Source: a virus. From it: a stretch of DNA of 64,000 bases. A program made the position numbers and the translations under genes. Shown here in pieces: positions 1 through 10,815 of this stretch (position 1 is its first letter; every line of letters begins with the position of its first letter). The notes beneath the pieces were generated by a model. That model was given only the letters and a program-made list of their open reading frames with translations, had not been told where the DNA came from and did no database searches. Location of the stretch: the IMG/VR virus record IMGVR_UViG_3300027734_000038; one strand, 5' to 3'.

Positions 1-2
1 AG

Positions 3-599
3 TATAACAATACCTATCGTTGGATTCCATTGAATGGTGACATTGCTGGTCTGTGTGTCAATACAGATACAGTTCGTGACCCATGGTATTCACCTGCTGG
101 TTTCAATCGTGGCCAAATTAAAAATGCTATTAAATTACTTTGGAGTCCAAGTAAAACATATCGTGATACATTGTATGCCGCAGGTGTAAATCCTGTTGTA
201 TCTTTCCCCGGTCAAGGTATTGTTTTGTTTGGTGATAAAACACTACAAAGTAAACCATCTGCATTTGACCGTATCAATGTCCGTAGATTGTTTATTGTTC
301 TTGAAAAATCAATTGCTCAGGCTGCTCAATTTTCATTATTTGAGTTTAACGATGAATTTACCCGTGCTCAGTTTGTGGCATTAGTAACTCCGTTCTTGCG
401 AGATGTTCAAGGTCGCCGTGGTATCTATGACTTCCGTGTTGTTTGTGATACAACAAATAATACACCACAAATCATTGATACTAACCAGTTTGTTGGTGAC
501 ATCTACATCAAGCCTGCTCGTTCTATCAACTTCATCCAATTGAATTTTGTTGCAGTTGGAACTGGTGTTGACTTCACAACAATCGTTGGTGCAGCTTAA
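3..599 (+). CDS. gp18: Tail sheath protein, C-terminal part (gene starts before the window)
   Basis: Frame open from base 3; WYSPAGFNRG, SAFDRINVRRLF, IKPARSINFIQLNFVA sheath motifs; precedes tail tube. Confidence 0.95.
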   Translation, partial: YNNTYRWIPLNGDIAGLCVNTDTVRDPWYSPAGFNRGQIKNAIKLLWSPSKTYRDTLYAAGVNPVVSFPGQGIVLFGDKTLQSKPSAFDRINVRRLFIVLEKSIAQAAQFSLFEFNDEFTRAQFVALVTPFLRDVQGRRGIYDFRVVCDTTNNTPQIIDTNQFVGDIYIKPARSINFIQLNFVAVGTGVDFTTIVGAA

Positions 600-627
600 T
601 AAATAACCACGATATAGGAGAAAACAA

Positions 628-1170
628 ATGGCATTCAATGTAGCAGAATTTAGAGCAAATATGATTGGTGACGGTGCCCGTCCCAATCTATTTCAGGTCT
701 CTTTAACATTCCCGACAGTTGCAACCAACGGCTCAGCCGCTGCTCAGAAAACAACATTCATGGCAAAAACAGCACAGTTACCAGGTTCTACCGTAGGTAC
801 TGTGCCTGTGTTTTATTTTGGTCGTGAGTTAAAGTTTGCTGGTAATCGTACCTTTACAGACTGGACATTACAGATTATCAATGACGAGGACTTTGTAGTT
901 CGTAACGCTCTCGAATCATGGATGAACGCTATTAACAGTCATACAAGCAATGTGCGTAATGGATCAGCAGTTAACCCAGCAGGTTATACAGTTGATGCAA
1001 CAGTTACGCAATATGGTAAATCTGGTAACGAATTGAAATCTTATAAGTTTGTAGGTTTATTCCCACTTGATGTTGCACCAATTGATTTGGATTGGGGTTC
1101 TAACGATGTGATTGAAGAATATTCAACAACGTTCGCTTTCCAATATTGGGAATCAAATACTACCACTTAA
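628..1170 (+). CDS. gp19: Tail tube protein
   Basis: GARPNLF and GRELKFAGNRTFTDW motifs; T4 synteny; AGGAG RBS. Confidence 0.93.
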   Translation: MAFNVAEFRANMIGDGARPNLFQVSLTFPTVATNGSAAAQKTTFMAKTAQLPGSTVGTVPVFYFGRELKFAGNRTFTDWTLQIINDEDFVVRNALESWMNAINSHTSNVRNGSAVNPAGYTVDATVTQYGKSGNELKSYKFVGLFPLDVAPIDLDWGSNDVIEEYSTTFAFQYWESNTTT

Positions 1171-1182
1171 TATGTTTTTGTT

Positions 1183-1210
1183 TGAGGGACTTCGGTCCCT
1201 CATTTATGTT
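1183..1210 (+). terminator. Hairpin/terminator with C(UUCG)G tetraloop
   Basis: TGAGGGAC-TTCG-GTCCCTCA followed by T-rich tract. Confidence 0.75.
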
Positions 1211-1235
1211 TAATTGAATTGGAATAATATAAAAT

Positions 1236-2915
1236 ATGGCAGCTACTAATAAATTCTCTCTCTTTGGTTTTGAGATTGCTCGTAAGAAGTCAGAAGATGA
1301 GCAAGCTCAACAACCTTCTTTTACACCACCTTCTAATGAGGATGGTGCATTAACTATTTCATCTGCGGCTTATTATGGTACATATGTTGACCTAGATGGC
1401 ACCGCAAAGAATGAAGTAGAGTTAATTTCTCGTTATCGTGAAATGGCAATGCAACCAGAGATTGAATCAGCTATCGATGATATTATGAATGAAGCCATTG
1501 TGCAAGACGATGATGGTAAAATTATCGAGATTGTGTTGGACGATTTAGACCAACCAGAAAAAATTAAAAAGGCAATCAAAGAAGAATTTCATACCATATT
1601 GCGATTGCTTAATTACAAGAATATGGCACAAGATATCTTCCGCCGTTATTATATTGACGGCAGGTTATATTACAATGTGCTTATCGATAAAGAAAATCCA
1701 ATTGCTGGTATTAAAGAATTACGGTATATTGATCCACGCAAGCTTCGTAAAGTTCGTGAGCTCAAAAAGAAAAAAGATGAAAGAACCGGTGCCGAGATTG
1801 TAGATGTATTCAATGAATACTACATTTTTAATGACAAAGTGGTATCCGGTTCTTCTTCTAGTTATGGTCCAGTTGGTGTTCGTATTACACTAGATTCTAT
1901 TGTTTCTGTTGTATCCGGTTTGATGGACTCTCGCCGTGCTGTGGTATTATCATACCTACACAAGGCAATCAAACCACTTAATCAATTACGCATGATTGAG
2001 GATGCAACAGTTATCTATCGTATCTCACGTGCACCAGAACGCCGTATATTTTATATTGATGTAGGTAATTTACCTAAATTAAAGGCCGAACAATATCTGC
2101 GTGATATTATGGTCAAGTATAAGAACAAGTTGGTCTATGATGCACAGACTGGTGAAGTCCGTGATGACCGTAAATTTTTATCTATGATGGAAGATTTTTG
2201 GTTGCCTCGCCGTGAAGGTGGAAAAGGCACAGAGATTACTACACTACCTGGTGGCCAAAACTTAGGTGAGTTGGAAGATGTTAAATACTTTCAAAAGAAA
2301 TTATATAACTCATTAAGTGTACCTATTTCTCGTTTAGAACCAAATCAAGGATTCTCGATTGGTCGTGTTGCAGAAGTAACTCGTGACGAATTGAAGTTTG
2401 CAAAGTTTGTTGACCGTTTGCGTAATAAGTTTTCTGATATCTTTAATCAGGCATTACGAGTTCAATGTGTATTAAAAGGTATCTGTACCGCTGATGAATG
2501 GGACCAATTTAAAGAACATATCTATTATGATTTCATTAAAGACAATAACTTTAGTGAACTAAAAGATGCCGAATTGATGAGAGAAAGATTATCTCTCTTG
2601 TCAGCTGTGGATCCTTATACAGGTCGTTACTTCTCACAAGCATGGATTCAGCGTAATGTATTGCGTTTAACAGATGACCAAATTAAAGAAATGCAAACTG
2701 AAATTGATGAAGAAAAAGAAATTGGTATGGGTTTACCAGTTGGTGTTATGAATGATGTGGCACAACAACAGTTGATGTCACAAGTACCAAACCAACCAAT
2801 GAATCCAGCTGATGCAGAACACCAAATGGAACTGCAAAAAAGAGAAGCACAACAGAATCAGACACAAGAAGAAAAGTCGCCTGGTACTTTTGTTAAATTG
2901 AAACAAATATTATAA
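1236..2915 (+). CDS. gp20: Portal vertex protein
   Basis: YRISRAPERRIFYIDVGNLPK and EDFWLPRREGGKGTEI motifs. Confidence 0.97.
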   Translation: MAATNKFSLFGFEIARKKSEDEQAQQPSFTPPSNEDGALTISSAAYYGTYVDLDGTAKNEVELISRYREMAMQPEIESAIDDIMNEAIVQDDDGKIIEIVLDDLDQPEKIKKAIKEEFHTILRLLNYKNMAQDIFRRYYIDGRLYYNVLIDKENPIAGIKELRYIDPRKLRKVRELKKKKDERTGAEIVDVFNEYYIFNDKVVSGSSSSYGPVGVRITLDSIVSVVSGLMDSRRAVVLSYLHKAIKPLNQLRMIEDATVIYRISRAPERRIFYIDVGNLPKLKAEQYLRDIMVKYKNKLVYDAQTGEVRDDRKFLSMMEDFWLPRREGGKGTEITTLPGGQNLGELEDVKYFQKKLYNSLSVPISRLEPNQGFSIGRVAEVTRDELKFAKFVDRLRNKFSDIFNQALRVQCVLKGICTADEWDQFKEHIYYDFIKDNNFSELKDAELMRERLSLLSAVDPYTGRYFSQAWIQRNVLRLTDDQIKEMQTEIDEEKEIGMGLPVGVMNDVAQQQLMSQVPNQPMNPADAEHQMELQKREAQQNQTQEEKSPGTFVKLKQIL

Positions 2916-2918
2916 ATA
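2911..2918 (+). promoter_or_regulatory. T4-type late promoter
   Basis: Exact TATAAATA upstream of head genes. Confidence 0.75.
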
Positions 2919-2935
2919 TTTAAATTGGAGATAAA

Positions 2936-3130
2936 ATGGCAGATACAAGACAAATTATAGATTATGCGGCAGAAGATAACGCTAAAGAAATGCGTGATGC
3001 ATTATATGCTGATATTCATGACCGTGTGATGAATCATTTAGGTGCAGCTAAACAAGCAGTAGCGCAAAATATTTTTGCTCAAGAAGAAGAAGAAACGCAA
3101 CCAGAGGATAATTTAGGTGAAAACACTTAA
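2936..3130 (+). CDS. Small acidic prohead core protein (gp67-like)
   Basis: Position after portal; acidic C-terminus; GGAG RBS. Confidence 0.55.
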   Translation: MADTRQIIDYAAEDNAKEMRDALYADIHDRVMNHLGAAKQAVAQNIFAQEEEETQPEDNLGENT

Positions 3131-3344
3131 AGAACTACGCTCTTTGAACGAAAAGGAAGACCATGGTTTGCCTATGGATCCTCCTGCCGTTTTAATTATG
3201 AAACGAAAGTCTATTAGACAGTTTCCAAACAATCAAAGAGTGGCTCTTTACTATGTGGATAAGATTAATAAATATGTAACAGTTCCATATACATCTATGC
3301 AATGGTCCTCAACAGGTAGCATGGACGAAGAAACCGAAAATTAA
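3117..3344 (+). CDS. Hypothetical head-associated protein
   Basis: 75-aa ORF in the head operon; N-terminus MKTLKELRSLNE resembles a capsid-targeting leader. Confidence 0.6.
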   Translation: MKTLKELRSLNEKEDHGLPMDPPAVLIMKRKSIRQFPNNQRVALYYVDKINKYVTVPYTSMQWSSTGSMDEETEN

Positions 3345-3357
3345 TTAGGATAAAAAA

Positions 3358-3894
3358 ATGGCAACATCAAATAGCACACAAATTTTAGTCGATACAACAA
3401 AACGCACCGTAATTAAACGGGTTGGTATTTTTGATGCCGCTGGCGGAAACGAAGCGTTAACAGTTGTTATTGATCCACGAGCTTTGTCTGGTGCTTTAAA
3501 TGCTAATAACTTACCTTATCAAACAGGTAATACAACTGCACCTGGTTTTGCCAATTCAGCGTTTACGATTTCTCGTGTTATCTATAATGTTGATGCTGAA
3601 GTTGGACATCTGCAATTAAAATGGCAAGGCACAACATCTGATGCCACAATTTTTGCTTTAGGTGTTGGTTCAGGTGATACAAATCCACAATATCAATTGC
3701 CTGCAATTACAAATAATGCCGTTGGACCTACAGGCAATGTAACAATTACAACCGTTGGTACCACAAGTAATGCTGCTTACACATTAATTATTGAATTACA
3801 TAAAGACAATCGTTTCTATAGTTCTGGCCAGTTTACTGATCCAGCTGCATTTAACTATCCTCCATATGGTGTAACTCCAACATCGAGAGAATAA
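3358..3894 (+). CDS. Hypothetical virion structural protein
   Basis: Thr/Asn/Gly-rich, beta-like composition; RBS; in head operon. Confidence 0.6.
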   Translation: MATSNSTQILVDTTKRTVIKRVGIFDAAGGNEALTVVIDPRALSGALNANNLPYQTGNTTAPGFANSAFTISRVIYNVDAEVGHLQLKWQGTTSDATIFALGVGSGDTNPQYQLPAITNNAVGPTGNVTITTVGTTSNAAYTLIIELHKDNRFYSSGQFTDPAAFNYPPYGVTPTSRE

Positions 3895-4322
3895 TGCAAG
3901 GTTTTATTTCTAAACTATTGCAGAATAAAATAGTTGAAGCAAAAGAAATTTTGAATCAACGCATACAAGATTTGGTTAATGAAAAAGTTAACCAAGTTAA
4001 ACTGCGTTTGGCGGCTGAAATGTATGATGATTTTGAAGTTGAAGAAGAAGAACTGTCTGAAGCCAATGTGCAAAGGATGGGAAGAACTAAACTTATTCGT
4101 GTAAGATTCCGTGCTGGAAAAGTTCAACGGAGAGTTAAGAAGTCAGCAGTACCAGGTTTTACAATTCGTGGTGGCAAACTTATAAGAATGTCACCACAAG
4201 AACGCAGGCACCGTAAAATGGCGGCACGACGTTCTAAGTTTAAAAGGCGTTCTAAGTTAAGACAAGCGTTACGAAAAAGAACGATGACATTAAGAAAACG
4301 AAAAGCAATGGGGCTACAATGA
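3894..4322 (+). CDS. Prohead core protein (gp68-like)
   Basis: Arg/Lys-rich C-terminus, immediately before prohead protease. Confidence 0.7.
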   Translation: MQGFISKLLQNKIVEAKEILNQRIQDLVNEKVNQVKLRLAAEMYDDFEVEEEELSEANVQRMGRTKLIRVRFRAGKVQRRVKKSAVPGFTIRGGKLIRMSPQERRHRKMAARRSKFKRRSKLRQALRKRTMTLRKRKAMGLQ

Positions 4323-4963
4323 AGTTAATAACAGAAGTCACCGAATCATTACAATATCTTGCTGAAGAAAAAGACGGCAAGAAAACTTTGTTTATCGAAG
4401 GTCCATTTCTCCAAGCAGAAGTGGTAAACCGTAATGGCCGCAAATATCTCAAAGAGACCATGGCCAAAGAAGTAGAAAGATACACAGAACAATATATTAA
4501 TAAAAATCGTGCCTTTGGTGAGCTGGGTCATCCAGACACCCCATCTATCAATCTAGATAGAGTATCTCACATGGTCGTGGGTCTCCGTCAAGAAGGTAAT
4601 GATTGGATAGGCAAAGCAAAAATTCTTGACACACCTATGGGTAACATAGTTAAGAGTCTTATCGAAGGTGGTGCACAAATTGGTGTGTCCTCCCGTGGTA
4701 TGGGTTCTCTTAAATCCGTTAATGGTGTTAACATAGTTCAAGATGATTTTCATCTAGCCACAGCGGCGGATATTGTAGCAGACCCTTCTGCTCCAAATGC
4801 TTTCGTTCAAGGTATCATGGAAGGCAAAGAATGGGTGATGGTAAACGGTGTATGGACTGAACAACAATATACTCAGGCCAAGAAGATGATTCAAGAAGCT
4901 TCTAAGGCGGATATAGAGAAAGTAAGTCTACGCATTTGGGAATCACTCGTCAAAAAACTTTAA
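4319..4963 (+). CDS. gp21: Prohead protease
   Basis: GELGHP, GVSSRGMGSL, DIVADPSAPNAFV motifs. Confidence 0.96.
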   Translation: MKLITEVTESLQYLAEEKDGKKTLFIEGPFLQAEVVNRNGRKYLKETMAKEVERYTEQYINKNRAFGELGHPDTPSINLDRVSHMVVGLRQEGNDWIGKAKILDTPMGNIVKSLIEGGAQIGVSSRGMGSLKSVNGVNIVQDDFHLATAADIVADPSAPNAFVQGIMEGKEWVMVNGVWTEQQYTQAKKMIQEASKADIEKVSLRIWESLVKKL

Positions 4964-4964
4964 A

Positions 4965-4972
4965 TATAAATA
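4965..4972 (+). promoter_or_regulatory. T4-type late promoter
   Basis: Exact TATAAATA upstream of scaffold gene. Confidence 0.75.
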
Positions 4973-5000
4973 TCCAATATAAATCAAGGAGATTTTCAAA

Positions 5001-6191
5001 ATGGGAAAATTTAATCTGTCCGAAGCCGCTAAAGACATTCTTTCGGGTAATGTTTCTGGTAAACAAAGTGGCCAAGATAAACCAGCAAAACTATCTGGTG
5101 ATGTAGCCTATGGCACCGGTGAAGTAGATATCGGTTCCGTATCACTCAAAACAACCGATGCACTTCCTGACTACACAAAAGGTACGCCATCAGCCACACC
5201 TCCTGGTGCTAAACCACCCGTTGGTTCTGAGCCAGCAAAGAAACTTAAAGGTCAACCACAAGAATCTGATGGTGCTGCAATTGAGCAACCTGAAGGCAAA
5301 ACTGGTAAAAACGAAATGCCTTTAAATAAAGGTTCTGTTGGCGTTCAACAATACGAAGAAACCGAATCTGACGAAGAAGTAGTGGCCGAAGAAAAAGAAG
5401 AAGGTCACGAAGATGAGGCACAAGATAAGGCAATGATGAAAAAAATGAAAATGAAAGAAAAAATGAAAGAAGATATGGATGCCATGTTCACAGGCGAAAA
5501 TCTTTCTGAAGAATTTGTTTCTAAAGCAACTACTATTTTTGAAGCTGCCGTTCTTGCTCGTGCAGAAGAAGTTATTGCTGAAGCTGAAGCTGAATTAGTA
5601 GAACAGTTTGAAGCTGCCATTGAAGAAGTTAAAGAAGATTTGGCTGTTAAGGTTGATGACTATCTCAACTACATGGTTGAAGAATGGGTCAAAGACAACG
5701 AAATCGCAATCGAAAAAGGCCTCCGTGCCGAAATCGTTGAAGATTTTATTACAGGATTAAAAGGTTTGTTTGAAGAGCATTACATTGACATTCCTACCGA
5801 CAAGGTAGATGTTGTTGAAGAACTCACTTCTAAAGTTGAAGAACTTGAAGAAGCTTACAACGAACAAATCAAATCTGCCATTGAGATGAAGAAAGAACTC
5901 AATGAGCACAAAAAGTTTGAGGCTATTTACGCAGCTTGTGAAGGCCTTACGCAGACTCAAGTAGAAAAGCTGAAATCACTTGCAGAAGGTGTAGAGTTCA
6001 CTACTGATGAAGAATTTGGTACTAAACTATCAACATTGAAAGAATCATATTTCAAGTCTGATGTTAAAGTTGCTGATTCATCTGCTTTAGACGAAGTATT
6101 GGTAGAAGAAGAAAAGAAAGAGAAAATTATCTCTGATGATCCATCTATCAATATCTATGCAAAAACCATTTCACAAACCATGGTTAAGTAA
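5001..6191 (+). CDS. gp22: Prohead core scaffold protein
   Basis: Acidic coiled coil, KATTIFEAAV and VDDYLNYMVEEW; between gp21 and gp23. Confidence 0.92.
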   Translation: MGKFNLSEAAKDILSGNVSGKQSGQDKPAKLSGDVAYGTGEVDIGSVSLKTTDALPDYTKGTPSATPPGAKPPVGSEPAKKLKGQPQESDGAAIEQPEGKTGKNEMPLNKGSVGVQQYEETESDEEVVAEEKEEGHEDEAQDKAMMKKMKMKEKMKEDMDAMFTGENLSEEFVSKATTIFEAAVLARAEEVIAEAEAELVEQFEAAIEEVKEDLAVKVDDYLNYMVEEWVKDNEIAIEKGLRAEIVEDFITGLKGLFEEHYIDIPTDKVDVVEELTSKVEELEEAYNEQIKSAIEMKKELNEHKKFEAIYAACEGLTQTQVEKLKSLAEGVEFTTDEEFGTKLSTLKESYFKSDVKVADSSALDEVLVEEEKKEKIISDDPSINIYAKTISQTMVK

Positions 6192-6225
6192 TTAACCTAA
6201 CAATACATATAAAAAGGAATAAAAA

Positions 6226-7557
6226 ATGTATTTGACAGAAGAACTACAAAAGAAATGGCAGCCTGTTCTTGAGCATCCAGAACTCGAAGCCATCAAAGAC
6301 CCATACAAGAAAGCTGTAACAGCTCTTGTTTTGGAAAACCAACAACAAGCAATGCGTCAAGACCGTCTTGCTTTGAACGAAATCGCCGAACCAGGTCCTA
6401 CAAACGTAACTGGTGGTGTTCAAAACTTTGACCCAATCTTGATTTCTTTGGTTCGCCGTGCATTACCAAATCTTATCGCTTATGACGTTGCTGGCGTTCA
6501 GCCAATGACTGGTCCTACCGGTTTGATTTTTGCAATGCGTGCTAAGTATGTTAACCAAACTGGTGACGAGGCATTCTTCAACGAAGCGAACACAATGTTC
6601 TCTGGTGTTGGTTCTGCTAACAACCCATACGGTTTCCGTGGTACAACTGCAACTGACACAGGTACAAATCCTATTGTTTCTGCAACTTTGGCCGCTAACA
6701 CCTACACAACTGGTATTGGAATGCCAACAGCTACTGCTGAATACCTTGGTTCTGACGGTAACACAGCATTTGCACAGATGGCCTTCTCTATTGAGAAAGT
6801 TACTGTAACTGCTCAAAGCCGTGCATTAAAGGCCGAGTATTCACTAGAACTTGCACAAGACTTGAAAGCAATTCATGGTCTTGACGCTGAAACAGAATTG
6901 TCAAACATTCTGTCTACAGAAGTTCTCGCTGAAATCAACCGTGAAGTTATCCGTACCATCTATACTGTTGCCGTTCCAGGTGCTCAGTATGGTACAACAA
7001 CAGCAGGTTTCTTTGACTTAGATACAGACTCAAACGGCCGTTGGTCAGTTGAGCGTTTCAAAGGTCTAATTTTCCAAATCGAGCGTGATGCTAACGTAAT
7101 TGCTAAGCAGACTCGCCGTGGAAAAGGTAACGTGTTAATTGTTTCTTCTGACGTTGCTTCTGCTATGGCAATGGCTGGTGTATTGCAATATACTCCTGCT
7201 CTCCAAGCTGACTTGCAAGTAGATGACACAGGCAACACATTTGCTGGTTTGTTACACGGTCGTATCAAGGTTTACATTGACCCATACTTCGGTGGATACA
7301 CATCTAACCAAGAACTCGTAACTATCGGTTACAAAGGTTCTTCACCATACGATGCTGGTTTGTTCTATTGCCCATACGTTCCATTGCAAATGGTTCGTGC
7401 TGTAGACCAGTATACATTCCAACCAAAGATTGGTTTCAAGACTCGTTACGGAATGGTATCAAACCCATTCGCAGAAGGTCTAGGCGCTGGTTTGGGTGGT
7501 TTGAATGCTCGTACCAACAAATACTATCGTATTTTCGGTGTCAAGAACTTGATGTAA
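6226..7557 (+). CDS. gp23: Major capsid protein
   Basis: GVQPMTGPTGLIFAMR, SRALKAEYSLELAQDLKAIHGLDAE, FQPKIGFKTRYG. Confidence 0.98.
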   Translation: MYLTEELQKKWQPVLEHPELEAIKDPYKKAVTALVLENQQQAMRQDRLALNEIAEPGPTNVTGGVQNFDPILISLVRRALPNLIAYDVAGVQPMTGPTGLIFAMRAKYVNQTGDEAFFNEANTMFSGVGSANNPYGFRGTTATDTGTNPIVSATLAANTYTTGIGMPTATAEYLGSDGNTAFAQMAFSIEKVTVTAQSRALKAEYSLELAQDLKAIHGLDAETELSNILSTEVLAEINREVIRTIYTVAVPGAQYGTTTAGFFDLDTDSNGRWSVERFKGLIFQIERDANVIAKQTRRGKGNVLIVSSDVASAMAMAGVLQYTPALQADLQVDDTGNTFAGLLHGRIKVYIDPYFGGYTSNQELVTIGYKGSSPYDAGLFYCPYVPLQMVRAVDQYTFQPKIGFKTRYGMVSNPFAEGLGAGLGGLNARTNKYYRIFGVKNLM

Positions 7558-7587
7558 TAAAAAAAGTCATCGCAAGAATGACATTTC

Positions 7588-7617
7588 AAGAGACCTCTTC
7601 GGAGGTCTCTTTTTTTT
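7588..7617 (+). terminator. Rho-independent terminator (UUCG loop)
   Basis: AAGAGACCTC-TTCG-GAGGTCTCTT plus poly-T. Confidence 0.9.
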
Positions 7618-7654
7618 GGACCTAAATACCTGTATATCTTATTAGAGAAATACT

Positions 7655-8185
7655 ATGTCCGTATTAACTAGAACTCCTCAAAACACCAATCTACTTCAAC
7701 CTACAAAGTACCTTTTAACCTTTGATAGGATAGGTGCTGCCACTTACTTCTGCCAGTCTGTAAACATACCAGGGGTAAGTGTAGGACAGGCCCCAATCAA
7801 CTTTCCAAGTCTGACTGTATACTCGCCTGGTAACCAAATAACCTACAACAATTTAAATGTCAATTTTCTGGTGGATGAAGCGGTAATATCATGGCAAAAT
7901 CTACATGATTGGTTCCGTTCTTTTGCATCACCGGATGGTACCGATGAACGCAATCTCAAAACGGCACTACAAAATGAGTATAGTAGACAAGACAAAAAAC
8001 AATACTCTGATGCCACTCTAACGGTACTGAACAATCTAAACAATCCTGTAATTCGTGTTCAGTTCACCAATGTATTTCCGGTCTCTTTGTCGGATATCAA
8101 CTTTGATACAAGAATGTCAGCGGATGATATTATTACTGCCGATGCCACATTTGTATATGATGAGTTTAAATTTATACCAGTTTAA
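7655..8185 (+). CDS. gp3: Tail completion / sheath stabilizer protein
   Basis: YFCQSVNIPG, YSDATLTVL, FPVSLSDINFD; synteny. Confidence 0.8.
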   Translation: MSVLTRTPQNTNLLQPTKYLLTFDRIGAATYFCQSVNIPGVSVGQAPINFPSLTVYSPGNQITYNNLNVNFLVDEAVISWQNLHDWFRSFASPDGTDERNLKTALQNEYSRQDKKQYSDATLTVLNNLNNPVIRVQFTNVFPVSLSDINFDTRMSADDIITADATFVYDEFKFIPV

Positions 8186-8258
8186 TTAGCACAAAGTCTT
8201 GCCATTTAACACCGAGTGTGTTAATATAGGAAATTGGTGTTAAACTATTGAAAATATT

Positions 8259-8693
8259 ATGGAAAATCTAGAACAAGTATTAAAGTATTGGGAAAAAGAT
8301 GCAGAAATGGACCAGACAGAACCTGGTAAAGAACTTCTGCGTATACCTACTCTACACAATAAGTATCTCTCCATTTTAACAAAACACAAAATTGCTGCCA
8401 AGAAGGCACACTTTGATTATCTACGCCTGCGTAAGATTAAGATTGATTACTACAATGGCAGATTAGACCAAGAAGAATTAGAATCTCGTGGTTGGAAACC
8501 ATTTCAGTTTGTATTAAAGTCCGACATTAATGCCTACTTAGAAGGCGATGATGATTTAATTAAGATGTTGGAAAAGAAAGTATACCATGAAGAATGTGTT
8601 TCGGTTTTAGAATCGGTGATGAATGAATTGAAACAAAGAACTTGGCAACTAAGAGATTTTATTTCATGGGAAAAATTTATAGGAGGTCAATAA
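8259..8693 (+). CDS. uvsY: Recombination mediator UvsY
   Basis: RIPTLHNKY, VLKSDINAYLEGDDDL; synteny. Confidence 0.88.
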   Translation: MENLEQVLKYWEKDAEMDQTEPGKELLRIPTLHNKYLSILTKHKIAAKKAHFDYLRLRKIKIDYYNGRLDQEELESRGWKPFQFVLKSDINAYLEGDDDLIKMLEKKVYHEECVSVLESVMNELKQRTWQLRDFISWEKFIGGQ

Positions 8694-9331
8694 TGTCTTT
8701 TCTAGTTGCCAATATACCACCCATTAAATGTTTTGTTCGTAAAGAGTTCCTCTACAACCACGAAAAAGGTCATGGTGAATTGGAACCTTGCGTATGGATT
8801 ACTGCCAAGGCCATCAAAGGTCAGGCGTTTCGTATTGAATGTATGTTAACCGATTATGGTGCATTGTTTGATAAATTACCAATCTCTGCATATGTTTGGA
8901 AACCTGTAGAAGAATATCTGCCGTTAGATAACTTACAAATATGGGATTGTCTATCGTATGACATGGCGGTAATTGAAAAATCAAATCTACGAGGCCTTAA
9001 AGTAAAATACTTTGGTAAAGACCGAGTGTTTCATTTTGGTAAATACCTTTTTACAATTGATTTTGCGGCACCAGATTTTAATCGTATTGACACCAGTTTT
9101 TCCGAAGGTGTGCAAGAACATAAGTCATATAATTTTATTCAGTTAGACAATGGACAATTCGCCTGTCAACCAAACAATCGTTGCTTGTGGTATGATGTAT
9201 CATTGGTGCCGCCTGTAGTTAAAACTCCCGACTTTAAAATACCAACAGAGGTATATTCAGTAGAAAATATATCCAAGTGGAGTGTTGGTACCCCAGATTC
9301 GTGGTTCTATAAATTTGATGAAAAAGAATGA
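8693..9331 (+). CDS. Hypothetical protein
   Basis: Start moved to ATG coupled to uvsY stop with AGGAGG RBS; 212 aa. Confidence 0.75.
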   Translation: MSFLVANIPPIKCFVRKEFLYNHEKGHGELEPCVWITAKAIKGQAFRIECMLTDYGALFDKLPISAYVWKPVEEYLPLDNLQIWDCLSYDMAVIEKSNLRGLKVKYFGKDRVFHFGKYLFTIDFAAPDFNRIDTSFSEGVQEHKSYNFIQLDNGQFACQPNNRCLWYDVSLVPPVVKTPDFKIPTEVYSVENISKWSVGTPDSWFYKFDEKE

Positions 9332-10815
9332 GTGATATAACCATAATAAAAAAGGATGAAGTATTTGCCAAGATAACTTGTGAAAAACACGTCTCAAAAG
9401 AGTTATCTGAATTCTTTACCTTTTTTGTTCCTGGTTATCAATTTGTTCCTGCATACCGCAATCGAGTTTGGGATGGAAAAATTCGATTATATAATTTACA
9501 AACAAGCCAAGTGTATCTTGGTTTATTACCATACATTGAAGAATTTTGTAAAGAAAGAAACTACAAATTTGATTATGGTGATCCAAGGCCAGATATCGAA
9601 GATGAGTGTTCAGTCTATCATGCCAAAAAGTTTATTGATTCATTAAACATTCATTCTCGTGGTGAACGAATTGAAATACGAGAACATCAATTGGATGCCT
9701 ATATTCATGCCATGCAAAAACGCCGAGCGTTATTGGTTTCACCAACGGCATCTGGCAAATCTCTTATCATCTATCTAATCTTTCGGCAGTTATTGGAGTT
9801 TCAAAATTTAAAAGGCCTTGTAATTGTTCCCACCACATCATTAGTTGAACAACTGTATTCAGACTTTGGTGACTATAATGATGGTGAAATGACCAATATT
9901 CACCGCATCTATCAAGGCAAAGAAAAAGATACTGATAAACCACTTACCATTTCTACATGGCAATCTCTGTATAAACTTCCAAAAGAATACTTTCATCAAT
10001 TTGATTATATCATTGGTGATGAGGCACACCTATTCAAAGCTCAGTCTTTGACCACAATACTTACTTCCTGTATAAATGCTAAATATAGAATAGGTCTTAC
10101 AGGTACATTAGATGGCACTAAAACACATAAATTGGTATTGGAAGGTTTATTTGGTGCAGTCAAAAAGGTAATTACCACAAGAGAACTAATTGATAAACAA
10201 CAAGTTTCAGATTTTGAAATTAAATGTTTAGTTTTAAAACATGACGATGAAGATTGTTTACAGATAAAAGATAAAACTTATCAAGAAGAAATACAGTATC
10301 TAATTGCAAACGAAAATAGAAATAAATTCATTAAAAATCTTGCAGTTAGCTTAGGCAATAATACATTAATATTATATCAAATGGTTGACAAACATGGTCA
10401 AATCCTGTATGATATGATTAGAAACACCAAAAATATTGGTGATAGAAAAGTATTCTTTATCCACGGTGGTGTAGATGCCAATGATAGAGAAGAAGTTAGA
10501 CGAATTATGGAGATAGAACAAGATGCTATTGTTGTGGCTAGTTTTGGGACTTTTTCTACTGGAATTAATATTAGGAACTTGCATAACATTATATTTGCAA
10601 GCCCATCTAAATCGAGGGTTCGCAATCTGCAAAGCATTGGACGAGGCTTACGACAGAGTGAAGGCAAAACAAAAGCTGTCCTCTACGACATAGCAGATGA
10701 TTTAAGATATAAAAAACATATGAATTTCACATTAAAGCATTTTGTTGAACGAGTTAAGATTTATACAGAAGAACAGTTTCCATTCAAAATATATAAAATA
10801 GGACTTAAAAAATGA
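9328..10815 (+). CDS. uvsW: DNA helicase UvsW (SF2)
   Basis: SPTASGKS, DEAH, QSIGRGLR motifs. Confidence 0.95.
   Translation: MSDITIIKKDEVFAKITCEKHVSKELSEFFTFFVPGYQFVPAYRNRVWDGKIRLYNLQTSQVYLGLLPYIEEFCKERNYKFDYGDPRPDIEDECSVYHAKKFIDSLNIHSRGERIEIREHQLDAYIHAMQKRRALLVSPTASGKSLIIYLIFRQLLEFQNLKGLVIVPTTSLVEQLYSDFGDYNDGEMTNIHRIYQGKEKDTDKPLTISTWQSLYKLPKEYFHQFDYIIGDEAHLFKAQSLTTILTSCINAKYRIGLTGTLDGTKTHKLVLEGLFGAVKKVITTRELIDKQQVSDFEIKCLVLKHDDEDCLQIKDKTYQEEIQYLIANENRNKFIKNLAVSLGNNTLILYQMVDKHGQILYDMIRNTKNIGDRKVFFIHGGVDANDREEVRRIMEIEQDAIVVASFGTFSTGINIRNLHNIIFASPSKSRVRNLQSIGRGLRQSEGKTKAVLYDIADDLRYKKHMNFTLKHFVERVKIYTEEQFPFKIYKIGLKK

Noticed and set aside
4230-4260. Short direct repeat CGTTCTAAGTT
   Set aside because: Reflects the RSKFKRRSKL peptide repeat; not a DNA element
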